From positions 496,001 to 560,000 of the forward strand of contig OZ237761.1 of NCBI GenBank assembly GCA_965178125.1: DNA of 64,000 nt. Reading direction: 5' to 3'. This document shows positions 23,688 through 36,300 of the stretch, one piece after another (the first letter of the stretch is position 1; the number at the start of each line of letters is the position of its first letter). The notes under the pieces were generated by a model. That model saw nothing but the letters and a program-made list of their open reading frames with translations, searched no databases and was not told the DNA's origin. This stretch comes from Bilabrum cf. latius. Lineage: Eukaryota. The position numbers were made by a program, and so were the translations under genes.

Positions 23688-24407
23688 TTATTTTCTCTGC
23701 TTGACCACTGCAAGCCTCGCAAGGTCCTCTGCCACCAGCCTCGCCCCGTGGTCCTGCAGCACTCCCACGCATTCCTGGTGCCCATTGCCGATAGAAGCCA
23801 GCAGCGGCGACCCCATCTCCCCATTGCCTACATTTCCCTTGATTGCTAGCCCGCCCGCAAGTTTGCCCAGCCTCAGCCTCCTGGCCAGCTCCATGGGCCT
23901 GCCCTCGGCAGCTGCCTTGAACACCATGCTTGCGTCCCTCTTGGCCTCCACTGCCCTCCTCCAAGCCGCCACCCGCCTCGCCCTAGCGATTCTCGGCCAA
24001 GGACTATACTTTTGAAAATCTTGGAATAAGGGACCGAGGTGTTTTTTGGCCTCGTCCCAGCACCAGTACAGGATGCGTTGCATGCACAGCTCCGCATCGT
24101 CCTCGCCTTCTCGCAGAGCTTGTCGCAGCCGTACCCTGCTGTCAGAGTTAGCCAGCTCCTGGAGGCTCATTCTAGGAATGATGGGATCTTTTTCGTTGAT
24201 TTTCATGCGCCACGCAGGGTTACCGTCGCGATCCTTATCGGCCGGGTCCACACCGGCCCGAAGAAGCAGTAGAGCGACGGCTGGGTTCTGATCGCGGCCT
24301 GTATGAAATGCCGAATGTAGAGGGCTCCAACGCCACTGCGCTCGGTAGGGCCAATTGAATACACCTTTATTCCATGCCTGCGTCTCCGCTGTGTTCAAGA
24401 CGTCCAC
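23688..24407 (-). CDS. Short ankyrin-family paralogue (5' end unresolved)
   Basis: SPLHSAF..LLLRAGVDPADKDRDGNPAW. C-terminal ~90 aa are clearly homologous to the 14786..17215 protein (RRAVEAxRDAxMVFxAAxxGRPMELxxRLRLGKLAGGL). Ends in TAA at 23688-23690. Confidence 0.65.
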   Translation of the reverse strand: MDVLNTAETQAWNKGVFNWPYRAQWRWSPLHSAFHTGRDQNPAVALLLLRAGVDPADKDRDGNPAWRMKINEKDPIIPRMSLQELANSDSRVRLRQALREGEDDAELCMQRILYWCWDEAKKHLGPLFQDFQKYSPWPRIARARRVAAWRRAVEAKRDASMVFKAAAEGRPMELARRLRLGKLAGGLAIKGNVGNGEMGSPLLASIGNGHQECVGVLQDHGARLVAEDLARLAVVKQRK

Positions 24408-25174
24408 AACTACTGACTCACCAAGGTCTTGTGGCCGACATCAACCCCGCAGGCAAGCACACAACTTAGTGCGCACACCTGACCACCCTCGCAGCACCTC
24501 GAAATCGCAACCCATCGCCCCTGCAACATTTGATGCCACAAGACCATATGCGTACCGTTAAAGCTGCCTCGGGCCAGAGCAGACGAAACGCGATCACAAC
24601 CTCACCCAGCCAGCTGGTTCATCGAGCTTTTTTCTGAACGATGGGTCACGCACATCAACCATAAAGTCCTTATTTGTTGTGTCTGCGAAACATAAAGGGG
24701 AATGACAGGCTAATTCGCACGGGCTAGAGGACCGCGACAATCGCTTGTTTGCATGCATTCGCTTGCATACCTGGCCATTCCCTCGAATTAATCCCATGGC
24801 ACTTGTGTTCTCCATTACCTAAGGCAGGAATGTCCATAACCCTTGATCAAGCGTTGCTGTTCCAGACTGCTAGGATGCGGATCAGATGCGGATCCGACAG
24901 GCAGCATCATGCAAACATGATATTCGATTTAAGCAAAGTGCAAAGTTTGTTTGTATCTCTAGGCATTGCCAAGTCTACCATTCCTGATCAAGGTGGCTTA
25001 CGAGGACTTCAAGTGTTCTTCTCAGGCTTGCTTAGTTGCTTGGTGGGTGCTTCTGCTTCAAGTTGCAGCTGTAACTTTGTCTCGGTTGAAGAGTGACGGG
25101 CTGAGCTTGCCCCATCCCTTCTCTCCCAGAATTCCTCTCATTTCTGAGCCAATGCAAGAGCTAGCCGATACCAC

Positions 25175-26632
25175 TCAATCCTCTTCGTCCTCGTCCTCAT
25201 CCTCACCATCCTCGGGGGGATCCACCTTGGGCACCTCTACCTCCGTGCTGAACAGCGGGGCGACGTACTCGTCCTCGAGCAGCTTCTCCGCAAAGCTCTC
25301 GATCGTCACGCGGTCCGGACCATCGTACACGGGTGCCTCGGCCTTCTGGGCTCCGGCACCCTCCCCTGCCTCCTCGTCCTCCTCCTCCCCGCCATCCTCG
25401 TCTTCGTCGTCCCCGCCGCCGCCAAGCTTCCAGGCATCGGACTTTCGCCACTGCGAACAAGATCAAACACAAATATGAAGAAGAAGCTCATATGCCTGGA
25501 TAATAGAGAGAGCGCGCCGTGAATTGACGCCGCCACCAGGGTGTCAGGGTAGAACGCTCGATGCCTTGCACTGCGAGGAGAAGGAGAAACCCAGAGAAAA
25601 GTCACGTGCACTCACCGCTCGCCGCAAATGCGTCCACTGCATCGCTTCGAACTACCCCGGCGGTGTGACTAGTGCGAGGGCCTTGCTGAGGCTGTGCTCG
25701 TCGATGCCCCCGCATGTGGTGGGGTCGTAGCAAGACAGCGCGCTGCGTTGCAAGGGGGAAGAAAAAGGACAGGAGGATAGAGGGAGGAGAGGAAGGGTGG
25801 CTGGAACGAGGATGGTATACACCGATGCTGCTATCAAGTGCTGAAATTGGCGCGCTGCAATCAAGAGCTCCTCTGGCACATCATCGGTGTCATCATCATG
25901 CGCAGAACTGCTAGAAGGAGCTGCAGCGGGCTGTCGGTGCAGTTGGCGAAGCAGCAGCAAGCAGCAGCGGACGAATTTGTTCTCACTATCGCAAGGCGGG
26001 CTCTCCGTATCCCCTGGTTACCAGAAATAGTCGGATCAGCATGTCCGCTCCATCCGTAGACGGAGCAGGTGCTTGCTCGCCTTCCGCCGCCTGCGCCTCC
26101 CCGTCGGCATCGCCGCCCGAGGACACGTCGACTGGATCGGTCCCGGAGCAAGCGGCCACGAGATTCCATACCTCTGCATAATTCTTGGTGTATTCTTTCG
26201 GGGCCGGTGGCGCCGGTGGAGCAGCCTCCCCATCCTCTTCACCCCCGTCCTCGCCGTCTGCGCTGCCATCACCGTCCTCGCCATCTTCAGCGTCCTCGTT
26301 GTCACCGCCTCCTTCATCTCCATCCTCATCGCCGTCCTTTTCTTCTCCATCGCCAGCATCTTCTGCCGGTGGTGGTGCTTCAACTTCTACTTCTTTGTCA
26401 ATGCCTAGAGAAACGCAGACCTACTGAAACGAATCCGACGACAACTGCACAGATCCAGACATACCACCGGAACCATTCACCTACTCCTTGAATGCAGCCA
26501 GTGCGGCATCGGGATCATCTGCGAGGGTTGTACGGTTCACAGAGAGCCAAATTCACCAAGTGCAACCGTGGATTCGACTTGTTGCGGGTCTTCGTGCTGC
26601 CAGCAAGGCTACAATGGCTCACATTCCGACAT
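25175..26632 (-). CDS. Multi-exon acidic (Asp/Glu-rich) protein, possibly with a degenerate EF-hand
   Basis: ATG 26632 followed by a GTGAG donor; exon YDPDAALAAFKE*VNGSG (TAG 26481); exon IDKEVEVEAPPPAEDAGDGEE..; ALSCYDPTTCGGIDEHSLSKAL; last exon ..VTIESFAEKLLEDEY..EDEDEED then TGA at 25175. Internal splice sites only partly resolved. Confidence 0.55.
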
Positions 26633-26831
26633 GGACGCTACCTTAGCAATGGCTTTAGATAATACAACGAGTTTTTCATCAAGTTGAGGCTTCGACATTC
26701 TCGTAGGAGCAAACACTTGTAAAAAATGTGACCGTTCGCAGGCTTTGTGGCGTGTGCTTTAAATTTGCGCAACGGACTGAAACTAGTTTGCAGTCGTATC
26801 CCTCATGGCTGCCCGCGGTGGTGCATCTACT

Positions 26832-27719
26832 ATGGCATCAATGGGAGAAGAAAACATATATAATTGGATCAAGCGGGAGGCAGAGGCTCCTCCGAAGCCA
26901 AAGATGTATCGAAGCAAGTTTAGGGGCAAGGCGACAGACGTGACCTACTCCACCCTCAAACCTGCCAAAACAAAGTTAGCTGCCGCCACCATGGGAAGAA
27001 CAGTGAAGGGAACAGTTAACCCGAAAAAGTTTCTCAAGAGAGGCGAGAAAATGCCACGGGCTGCAGACCCTCGAGTCCTACGTGAGTTGCAGACTTTTGT
27101 TTGCTTTGCATGGGAAGCTTCTACCACCGCCCAAAGCACTAGACTTGTACATTCAGATTTATATGAAGCATATTTATTCTTTTCTGTCGCAGCCAAGCGA
27201 TTTAAGAGAAAGGATCCTGTTCGGAAGCCGCCGGTCCCTTCCAAGGACGACAGACCGGTATTGGCTGCCAAGGGCAGCAAGGACTACGTGGTGTCCAACG
27301 CGCTGGAAAACATCCTAGCCGTGCCACCTTAGCGACCAGCAGAGCCGGACTACCGCCACAAGGAGGACTACGGGAAGGTGCCCGAGTACCTGGAGGTGAT
27401 CAAGCAGGAGGTGGAGGAGGAGAAGGAGCTGTTCGACACGATGATCGCGCAGGCCGAGCTCCAGGAAAGGGAGGATCACGGCGAGGCAGTGGCCAGGCGA
27501 ATGCCGGAGGAAGAAAGGGAGGAGCTGCTGGAGGCCCTGAAGGCCAAGTGGGACGACGTCAACGAGGAGTACCAGAAGATCTCGCACCAGACCATCTCGA
27601 CCAGCAACGCGACGATCGGACAGGTGCGCAAGAAGGAGGAGTGCGAGAGGCAGCTGGACCAGCTGGAGAAGGATATCGAGAGACTCAGCAAAAAGGGCCC
27701 CATCTTCGTGGTCGACTGA
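26832..27719 (+). CDS. ENKUR: Enkurin-domain ciliary protein
   Basis: EENIYNWI..PKPKMYRSKF..RKPPVP..DYVVSNALENILAVPP*..DYRHKEDYGKVPEYL..EEREELLEALKAKWDDVNEEYQKI..RKKEECERQLDQLEKDIERLS. Probable intron 27082-27192; TAG at 27330; TGA end. Confidence 0.88.
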
Positions 27720-27996
27720 GCGTCTGTGAGATGAAGTTGGGCCAGGCGGGAGGCCTGGAGGATCTGAGGGTGCCCTGTGCTAGGTTGTCTGGTCTACCGA
27801 GGGGCTTGCTACTCGCTCGATGCATTCGTTGAAACATTAGTTCATATCGAATCTCTTGCGTAGTTTAGCTCAATGGCTCGGGTTGCCCAGCTGGGCACCT
27901 GCCATGTTTGCGTGGCATGATCGATCGGATCATCAATTTCGTGAGGCATGCCCGTCGACTTGAATTCAGAAACACCGCTTGTTTGGAGCGAAACTG

Positions 27997-30900
27997 ATGT
28001 AGAAAAGCTTGTTCTCATTTTTTAACAAGCCATCAAAGCCTAGCGACGGTGGCAGCGCACCAAGAGCAACACCTTAGAAGGCTGTGAAAGTAAGCTGATG
28101 GTGCTAAATTCAAACTGAGATTCAGCCGCTGACATTGCTGCTCGAGCTTGCGCACGCTGAATCTGTCTCTGTATTCCCTCACAGAGTGGTATCAATGAAA
28201 ATCAAGCGAAGAAAGCCCCAGGAGGTACCCCGTCGGCAGCCAGCAAAGCTGCGCCGAAACTCGAATCTGGGAAGGCAGGCGAGTTAGGAGCGTCTGTTGT
28301 CGGCCGTAGGGTTCGAATCTGGTGGCCCAAGATGAAGCAATTTTATGCAGCTCTGATCAAAAAGTTTGATGGGGCTCGAGACGAGCACTACATCCGGTAC
28401 GATGACGGCGAGGAGGAGTGGATCACACTTGCGCAAGAGAGAGTGAGCAGGGTTTTGGGAATCGCTGCAGTGCTGTTATGTTCTTGTCCACGCAGAAACC
28501 TCCGAGATATTCCCGCCTTTTATTCCGCAGTTCGAGCTCGAGGACACGACGGCTGCTACAACGCCCGCAAAAGGGGCGGCATCTCCAGGCCCATCCTCCA
28601 TGTCTATCCCAGGAGGATCCGCGGGAGGATCTGCGGAGCAGAAGCGAAAATCTAGCGGCAAAGCGACATCATCGGCTCGATCACCATCATCAGGCGCCGC
28701 TTAGGCCCCCATGGAAACCGGAGAGGGCGAGGGCGAGGGCGAGGGCGAGGACGCTGCCCTCCAGGGCATCACCTTCGACGAGGAGACGGACGAGGACGAA
28801 GATGAAGATGAAAAGGTCGGGGCCGCTGCGAGGCGATCCCGACTGAAGAAGAAGAGCGCTTCGAAGGCGAAGGGAAGCATCGGCAAGAAGAGGTCGCGCG
28901 CAGCCGTGCAGGACAGCGATGACGACGAGTACAGCGCCGGGGAGGACGAGGAGGAAGAGGACGACGACGACGAGGAATTCGAAGCCAACGTGGGAGCAGC
29001 ATCCGAGGACGATGGGGATGCAGGGCCTGGAAGCGAAGATGAAGATGAATACGACGACATGGTGGTGGCTCCCCCGAAGAAGAAGAAGGCGAGGAAAACG
29101 CCCGCCAAGGCCCGGTCGCCCCGAACACCAGCAAGCTCGGCATCGTCCGCTGTCGCTACGGCATCGGCGCGCAAGTCGTCTGCGTATGGGGACAGGGACT
29201 ATGCGGTGGACCCCGTGGATTCTCTGGCAGGCGCTGTCGGTTGGGAGAGGCGATCGGGGGGCGGGGTGCTCCACGGAGCTTCCGGGGCCATGGCGAGTGC
29301 AGGCGGCCCGTCTGCCTCTGCCTCCTCGTCCTCCTTTGTCGCTTCTGGCGGCAGCAGCGGGTCCTGGTCGACACCCGTGGCGGTCCCCGACACGCCGACG
29401 AAGCGCCCCCTGCCCGTCGGTTTCACCGAGAAGGAGATGGACAAGATGGTGCTGGGGCTGGGCCAGCACCACCACAACCGGTACAGCTTCCTGTGGCAGC
29501 CCAACAGGAAGGACGGCCACCGTCGGGCCCCTTCCCACCCCGACTACGACCCCAACACCCTGTGCGTCCCACCTGATTTCCTCAAGAGCCAGACCCCCGC
29601 CATGCGCCAGTGGTGGGAGATCAAGAGCAGGTACATGGACACCGTGCTCTGCTTCAAGGTGGGCAAGTTCTACGAGTGCTTCCACACGGACGCAGACGTC
29701 CTCGTCAAAGAGTGCGACTGCATCTACATGAAGGGGCTCAAGGCGCACGCGGGCTTCCCCGAGATCGCCTACGGGCGTATGTCGGAGGCTCTTGTGGCCC
29801 GTGGCTACAAGGTGGCTCGCGTGGAGCAGACGGAGACGCCTGCCCAGCTGGCCCAGCGGAAGAAGGAGACGCCAAGGGGCCAGAAGAAGCCGCAGGTAGT
29901 GCGCAGGGAGCTGTGCGGCCTGAAGTCAAAGGGGACGAGGGTCACTGGCCCGATGGACGTGGTGGAAGACGGGCCGGGGGGCGGGTCTTCGCCAGGTGCG
30001 ACGGCTGCGCTGGCTCGCGCTCGGGAAGCGGCCGGGGCCGCGCTTCCCTCTGATGCTGCCGTGCTTCTCGGCATCTTCGAGACCCCTCTGCAGCAAGCGG
30101 GAGAGGCCGGGGCGGCGACCCAGGGAACAAGCGCCCGGAGCCGTGGCCCGAACGACCCGGACGTGCGGATCGGCGCGTGCATGGTAGACGCCGCTTCCGG
30201 CCAGGTGTGGCTCTCGGAGTTCCTGGACAACTCGCAGCGCACGCGGTTGCGCACGCTAGCGGCGAGGGCGCAGGTGGTTGAGCTGCTCACCTGCGATGGC
30301 AACCTGACCGAACCTTCGGCGAGGTTCCTCCGTTTCGACTGCGCGACGGCCGTCCGCACGCAGCTCAAGCCCGGCAACCAGTTCTGGGGAGGGGCCAAGG
30401 CGGCCAAAGAGCTTGAAACCGCACCTTACTTCGCGGAGGCAGCGGGGGCTGCTGCGGGAGGAGCAGACGGCGATTCTGCCGCTTCCGGTTCTTGGCCCGC
30501 AGTGCTGCGATCCTGCGCTGATCTGGCCAAGGCGGCCGGTTACACGCCCAGCCAGAGCGCCGGTTCTGCCGACGCCGTGTGTGCCGATGTGGCACCGGGG
30601 GCGGGCGCGTTCGCTGCGTTCGCCGGCACGCTGGGTTACCTTCGCAGGTGCCTGATTGACCACTCCGTGCTGTCCATGGGGCGAGTCAGTGCCTACATGC
30701 ACGAGGCAGAGGTCAGCGCGGGCGGCGCAGCGTCCGGCGCAGGCGCGTCGCCCTCGGCTGCCGCTTCTTCTTCCTCCTCCGAGGCTGCTAGCGGAGATGC
30801 CGACGCTGTGTCGGCCGCAGCTACCGCGGCGTCCTTGCGACTAGACCCGCCCGGCCCCCGCATGGTGATGGACGGCAGCACGCTGGTGAACCTGGAGGTG

Positions 30901-32729
30901 CTCGCCAACTCGTTCGATGGGTCGATCAAAGGCTCGTTGCTGGAGTGCGTCGACAGCTGCGTCACGTCGGCCGGTCGCAGGAGGCTGCGCAAGTGGATGT
31001 GCCAGCCGCTGCGCGAGGCCATCGATATCAATCGCAGGCTTGATGCCGTGGATGACCTGATGTCGCCGGAGCTGGCAGAGGCCGTGGGCCAGGCCAGGAA
31101 CACTCTCAGGCAGGTGCCCGACCTCGAGAGGCTGCTGCACAGGATCCACGCATCGGGCTCCAAGCACCTGAGCCAGCACCACCCAGATGCCAGGGCCATC
31201 CTCTACGAGGCCCAGACGTACTCCAAGCGCAGGATCAAGGACCTCACCGCTGCCATCCGGGGCTTCAAGGCGCTCAACGAGGTCAGGCAATTGTTCCGTG
31301 CGGGCGCCGGCGATGCTGCATAGGCTCTTCTCCCCGAGGTTAAGAGTACGCTGCTGCGGGACGTGCTTGGCGAGGCCATGCCGGATGTGTCCGAGCAGCT
31401 TGACACGTTCGAGCGCTCTTTCAACGCCAAGCAGGCCGAGTCGACGGGCCGCATCGAGCCCAGGAAGGGCTTCGACCCCGAGTACGACGCTGCCGAGGCA
31501 TCCAAGGCCGAGGTGCTGCGCAAGCTGTCCGAGCACCTGCAGGAGTGCAAGGACCTGCTGCGGTGCTCGACCCTCAAGTTCTGGGGGAACAACAAGGACA
31601 GGTACCAGGTCGAGGTACCCGAGAGCAAGTGCTCCGCCGTGCCGGACGACTGGTTGGTCAAGAGCCAGAGGAAGGGCACGTGCAGGCGCTACTGGACTCC
31701 GGAGGGGCAGGATCTGCTGGCCGAGCTGGTCAAGGCGGAGGAGGCTTCCCAGCTGGCCGTGAACGACTCGATGCGGAGGGTGTTTGCTCGCTTCGACGCG
31801 CACAGGGCCAAGTGGACGGCCACCGCCGAGGCAGCCGCGGTGCTCGACGCGCTGTGTTCCCTGGCCATCTGGAGCTCGCAGGGCGACGGGGCCGGCGCCA
31901 TGTGCAGGCCCGTGTTTGTAGACCGAGTGGAGGCTGCGGCCGCTTCTGCTGGGGCAGGCGCCTCTCCTAAGAAGGCGAGCACCACGGCATTCCTGCAGCT
32001 CAGGTCGGCGAGACACCCCGCGGTGACGCGTGCCATGAACCAGCGCGGCGACGCGTCTTCGTACGTGCCCAACGACGTGACCGTGGGGCGGTACACCCCG
32101 ACGGGCGGCGCCGGGTCGCTCTCGTCGTCACCATCGAGCGCGGTCGGCGGCGAGATCGGCCCCGGTGGTCCCGAGTGTGTGCTCATCACAGGCGCCAACA
32201 TGGGCGGCAAGAGCACCTACCTAAGGCAGACCTGCGCCTGCGTGATCCTGGCGCAGCTGGGCGCGTATGTCCCCGCCGAGTCGTGCAAGCTCTCGCCCGT
32301 GGACCGCGTGTTCACGCGCGTGGGCGCTAGCGACCGCATCCTCGCGGGACAGTCCACCTTCTTCGTCGAGCTGGCAGAGACCTCCACCATACTCTCGCAG
32401 GCCACGACGGACTCGCTGGTGATTCTGGACGAGCTGGGGAGGGGCACGAGCACTTTCGACGGCAACGCGATCGCTGGGGCTGTGACGGAGCACCTCACGC
32501 GCAAGGTGGGCGCCAGGACGCTCTTCGCGACGCACTACCACACGCTGACCGAGCAGTTTGCGGCAGATCCAAGGGTGCAGCTGGGGCACATGGCGGTGCT
32601 GGTAGGTGAAGATGACGAGGACGAGGACGAGGACGAAGAAGATGAGAGCGGAGCTTCGAGGAAGGCAGGAGGCAGCGTGCCAATGGAGGACGGCGAGGGC
32701 CAGGGCGGCGCATCCGGCGCGGCGTCCTC

Positions 32730-32789
<60 letters not shown>

Positions 32790-33198
32790 TGCTGCCAGCG
32801 GACTCATGGGGCGGCGGGCCCCCGCTGTGACCTTCCTTTATCGATTTGCACCCGGCGCGTGCCCGAAGAGCCACGGCCTCAACGTCGCCAGGCTTGCTCG
32901 CCTCCCCGAGCAGGTGCTCGAGCGGGCCGCAGCGCGAGCAGAAACCTTCGAGCTGGCGCTAGAAGGGGCCATCCGCGCAGCGAAGGGGGAGGCGGCCGCA
33001 GCGGCTGCGCGGGCGGTTGGAACAGCAGAGGAGACGAGGGGTGGTCAAAGCAGTGCCATGGAGCTGGCCAGGAGTGCGCTCGCAGCAGTGGCGAAGAGTG
33101 CGAATGGCGAGCTGCCGGCAGCGGGCGAGGCGGAGGTCGCGATGGCGAAGGTGCCGGACGAAGCCCTGATGAAGATCCTGAGTGCTATGACGGAATGA
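27997..33198 (+). CDS. MSH6: DNA mismatch repair protein MSH6 (PIP box, Tudor domain, MutS domains I-V)
   Basis: Exons 27997-28089, 28185-28442 and 28531-33198. PIP box M*KSLFSFF; Tudor VGRRVRIWWP..HYIRYDDGEEEWI; DYDPNTL, TPAMRQWWEIKS, FKVGKFYE, GYKVARVEQTETP, TGANMGGKST, DELGRGTST, FATHYH, CPKSHGLNVARLA. TAGs at 28000, 28075, 28702 and 31321. Confidence 0.96.
32725..32790 (+). repeat. (TCCTCG)n microsatellite encoding 22 Ser inside the MSH6 ATPase domain
   Basis: Read directly: tcctcc followed by ~10 TCCTCG units, in frame in MSH6. Confidence 0.9.
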
Positions 33199-33371
33199 AT
33201 TTTTTTCCTGCGATGATGGTACCTTGGCTTTCGTGGTGATCTCTAGGCAAGGCTCAAAAGGGCATGCGCGCGTGCGACCACATGCACTGCATGGCAATGC
33301 TGAGTGCGACCCAATAAAAATAAAATGCAGTTTATTGTGACAGCCACTGCTTCATTCACGACTAATTCCAG

Positions 33372-36300
33372 ATGTACGGCGAATCTAACATTACATTGCT
33401 ACGCCATCACGATGTCCTGGCTCTTGGTCGCTGGCACCAGCTCGCTGCAAGCTCGAGACGAACTAAGCGCAACGGTCAGGGCGAATCGAGCCCCGCCAAG
33501 CAGGACAAGACGGACACAATGCTGAGGCTGCCCCAATTGGAACTCCAAGGATTGCCAAATGGATGCGAAATTCAGTCACTTGCGGTTGGAAAGGGCCTCG
33601 CGTTTGCTGTGGCGGCCGCGAGTGACGGTAGCGTGTACGGCCTCGGGGACAATCGATCGGGAGCCCTAGCCCTGGAGCCCCCCGGGATCGAACACGCCGA
33701 GAACGCCGCTGGGGGTACAAGCTTAGTGTCTCCGGCTAGCGACGGAGGTGGGGATATTCGAAAGCCTAGCTGGCAACCGTCGCAGGTGCAATGCAACCAG
33801 CCGTACGAACGATGCGGCGCTCCTCCCATGGTGACCACATTTACGCGGTTGCCACTGCTAGGTCCTGGTATGAGCAAACACCGAGCTTGTATGGTTTCAT
33901 GCGGTTTGGCTCACTGCGCGATCCTCACCCAGGACGGAAGGCTCTTCACCGCGGGCCAGGCGTCTCACGGCAGGCTCGGCCGGCCGCTCCCGTGGTCCGA
34001 TTTGGAATCAAAGAGCAGACAGCCCGGCCCGCCCGGCAATGGGGCCTCATCGCAAGCATCACGTCGTCTGGACCGCGAGTGTCACCACCGGCACCCCGAT
34101 GCCTGGCTTCCTCTCGGCGAGGTGGTCGCGGGGCGCTGGGCGGACCCAAGGCTGGCCGCGGGCGAAGTGGCGCTCTGTGATGCAGGCGGAAGGAAACCTC
34201 GCTGGCCGCTCCCGGAGAAACCGTGGACCGCGGGCGCGGGCAAGCAGGCGCGCATAGGCGACGGGTGCGGCAAGCCGACGGGGTTTGTGGCCTGGGTGTC
34301 GGTTTCTTGCGGGGACAGGTACACTGTGGCGCTGGCAGAGGCGAAGGGTTCCGAGGAGGACTGGGCTCGATCCGAGGGACTTGTTGCAGAGGAGCTCCTC
34401 GAGCACGGTGATGCTGCTGCTGCTGCTGCTGGTGCTGAATCCGGGAGTGTGCCACACACTAGTGCGGATCACGCCGCTGGCCCTGGGGAAGGCATCGGCA
34501 GCGGTGCGGGAGCTGCAAAGGGTAGGGGAGATGGGGTGAAGTCAGCCGTGGGAAAGACCCGCGTTGCGGCGAGGAACGTTCCTCCACGGCTTGCGTTCGC
34601 ATGGGGAGACGGCGCCAGGGGGCGCCTTGGCACTGGCGATGAAGGGGGCAGCGAGGTTCCGCTGCCCCTCTGGACACTGCTCCGGAAACGTGCGCGGCGC
34701 CGGTGGGGGCACGTCACCCAGGTGTCCTGCGGCAGATCACACTCCCTTGCGCTGGCAGCGAAGGGGGCTGTGGTCACGTGGGGCGATTCCGGCGGGGATG
34801 GTAGGCTGGGGCTCGGCCGAGGGGAAGCAGCTCATACTCCTCAGGAGGTGCAGGGCGGGGGCTTGGGGGGCCGACCTGCGATACAGCTGTCGGCAGGTGA
34901 TAAGCACTCGTTGTGCTTGGACTCGGAGGGGCTGGTGTGGGCATGGGGCTGCTCTGCAGACGGGCGCTTGGGGATCGTAGGGCAGGACACGTCCGAAGAC
35001 GTGCTGTGGCCCGTCTGTGCTTCCAGGCAGTCGGGATGGCCGCTCACGGGAGTCAAGGCAAGGACCATCTCGGCTGGAGGGAAGCACAGCTGCTGCGTCG
35101 ATGACATAGGTAGGCTGTGGGTATGGGGCGCAAGCGACTGCTTCGGGCTATCGCCGGGCAAGACAGACCCGCTGGCCTTGCCGGTGCATGTCGAGTCCGA
35201 CATCATGGCTCCCAGGCTAGTCTCTGTTGATCCCTTGCCTACCGGGCTCCCGGATATGCACGACGATGCACCGCGCAGCATGGTGGGCCACGCCTCGGTG
35301 CTCGCCCCTCCACCCTCCATCATGCACGGGTCCCACGCCTCGCCACGCACAGGTGCCGCCGCTACCCAGCGCCACAGCGGGGCAGGGCCGAGCGAAGCAG
35401 CCTCTGTCGCTAGCTCGGCCCACAGCAGGGCCAGACATGGGATTGCGGCTAGATCTGCCCGAGGCGATGCTTCTGTGGTTGGCTCAGTCGCAGGAAGTCG
35501 TGCCGGCAGCCGCTCTGGGGTCAGGTCGGTAGCGGCATCGTCGGTCGGGAGGCACCGTGCAGGTAGCATGGCCCGCTCTGTGGGTCGAGGTGGAGGCTCG
35601 TCTGTCGGTCGCTCGTCGTACGAAGGCGGCACTGGTGCCAGTAGTGGCTACGCAAGCGGGCATCGCGAGCTGGGGGGCTCGTCTTCTCGCGTGGTGCGCG
35701 GAGGCGGTCACGTGGTGCACGCGTTGTGTGCCGCGTCTTGCGTGGTGGTCTGCGTGTCATCGGTGCGGCCCGAAGACCACTCGGAGAAAGAATCGCAGCC
35801 AAACGGGAGGAGCAGCGGGTTGGGTGCTTTGAATGAGGAAGGTCGTGCAGCCGGCTTCGTGCCCGATTCAGCGCTGGCCTCTACTGCAGGTGGCACCGGC
35901 CGGCGGAAGCAGTCCGCCAATGTGCGCGGCCTATTCGCTTCTAAGCGCGCGGACAAAGAAGAGACATAGACCCGCGCAGATGCCATTGTTCTAGACTTGC
36001 GCGCTGACGTTGCTTCTTCCGCTGGCGTGACGGGTCCCCAGGACGAGACTGCGGCACCGGACCAGACGCTCCGGTTCCGCAGGCTGATGCAAAAAGAGGC
36101 GCCGCGGCAGCCTCCCAGAACTGAGCTGTCGTTACGCAGAGATCGGCATGCAGTGGCTGCGGCGGTCATCGTGGATGAGAACGCCGACGAAGAAGACAGG
36201 GTGCAGCGCGCAGCGAATGCGATCGGGAAGCACCGCCTGCGAAAAGTGGTGAAAGGTACTGCTACCGGTATGGGCAAGGGTACAGTCGCAACGGGATCGA

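Noticed and set aside
26073-26408. Apparent small membrane protein on the plus strand
   Set aside because: Its hydrophobicity is the antisense reading of the Asp/Glu-rich exon on the minus strand.
27997-33198. UAG as pyrrolysine, Leu or Tyr, or occasional programmed read-through
   Set aside because: The two conserved columns are Gln, most other sites are polar or variable, and up to 23 TAGs per gene is incompatible with leaky read-through. No pyl genes are seen in the window.
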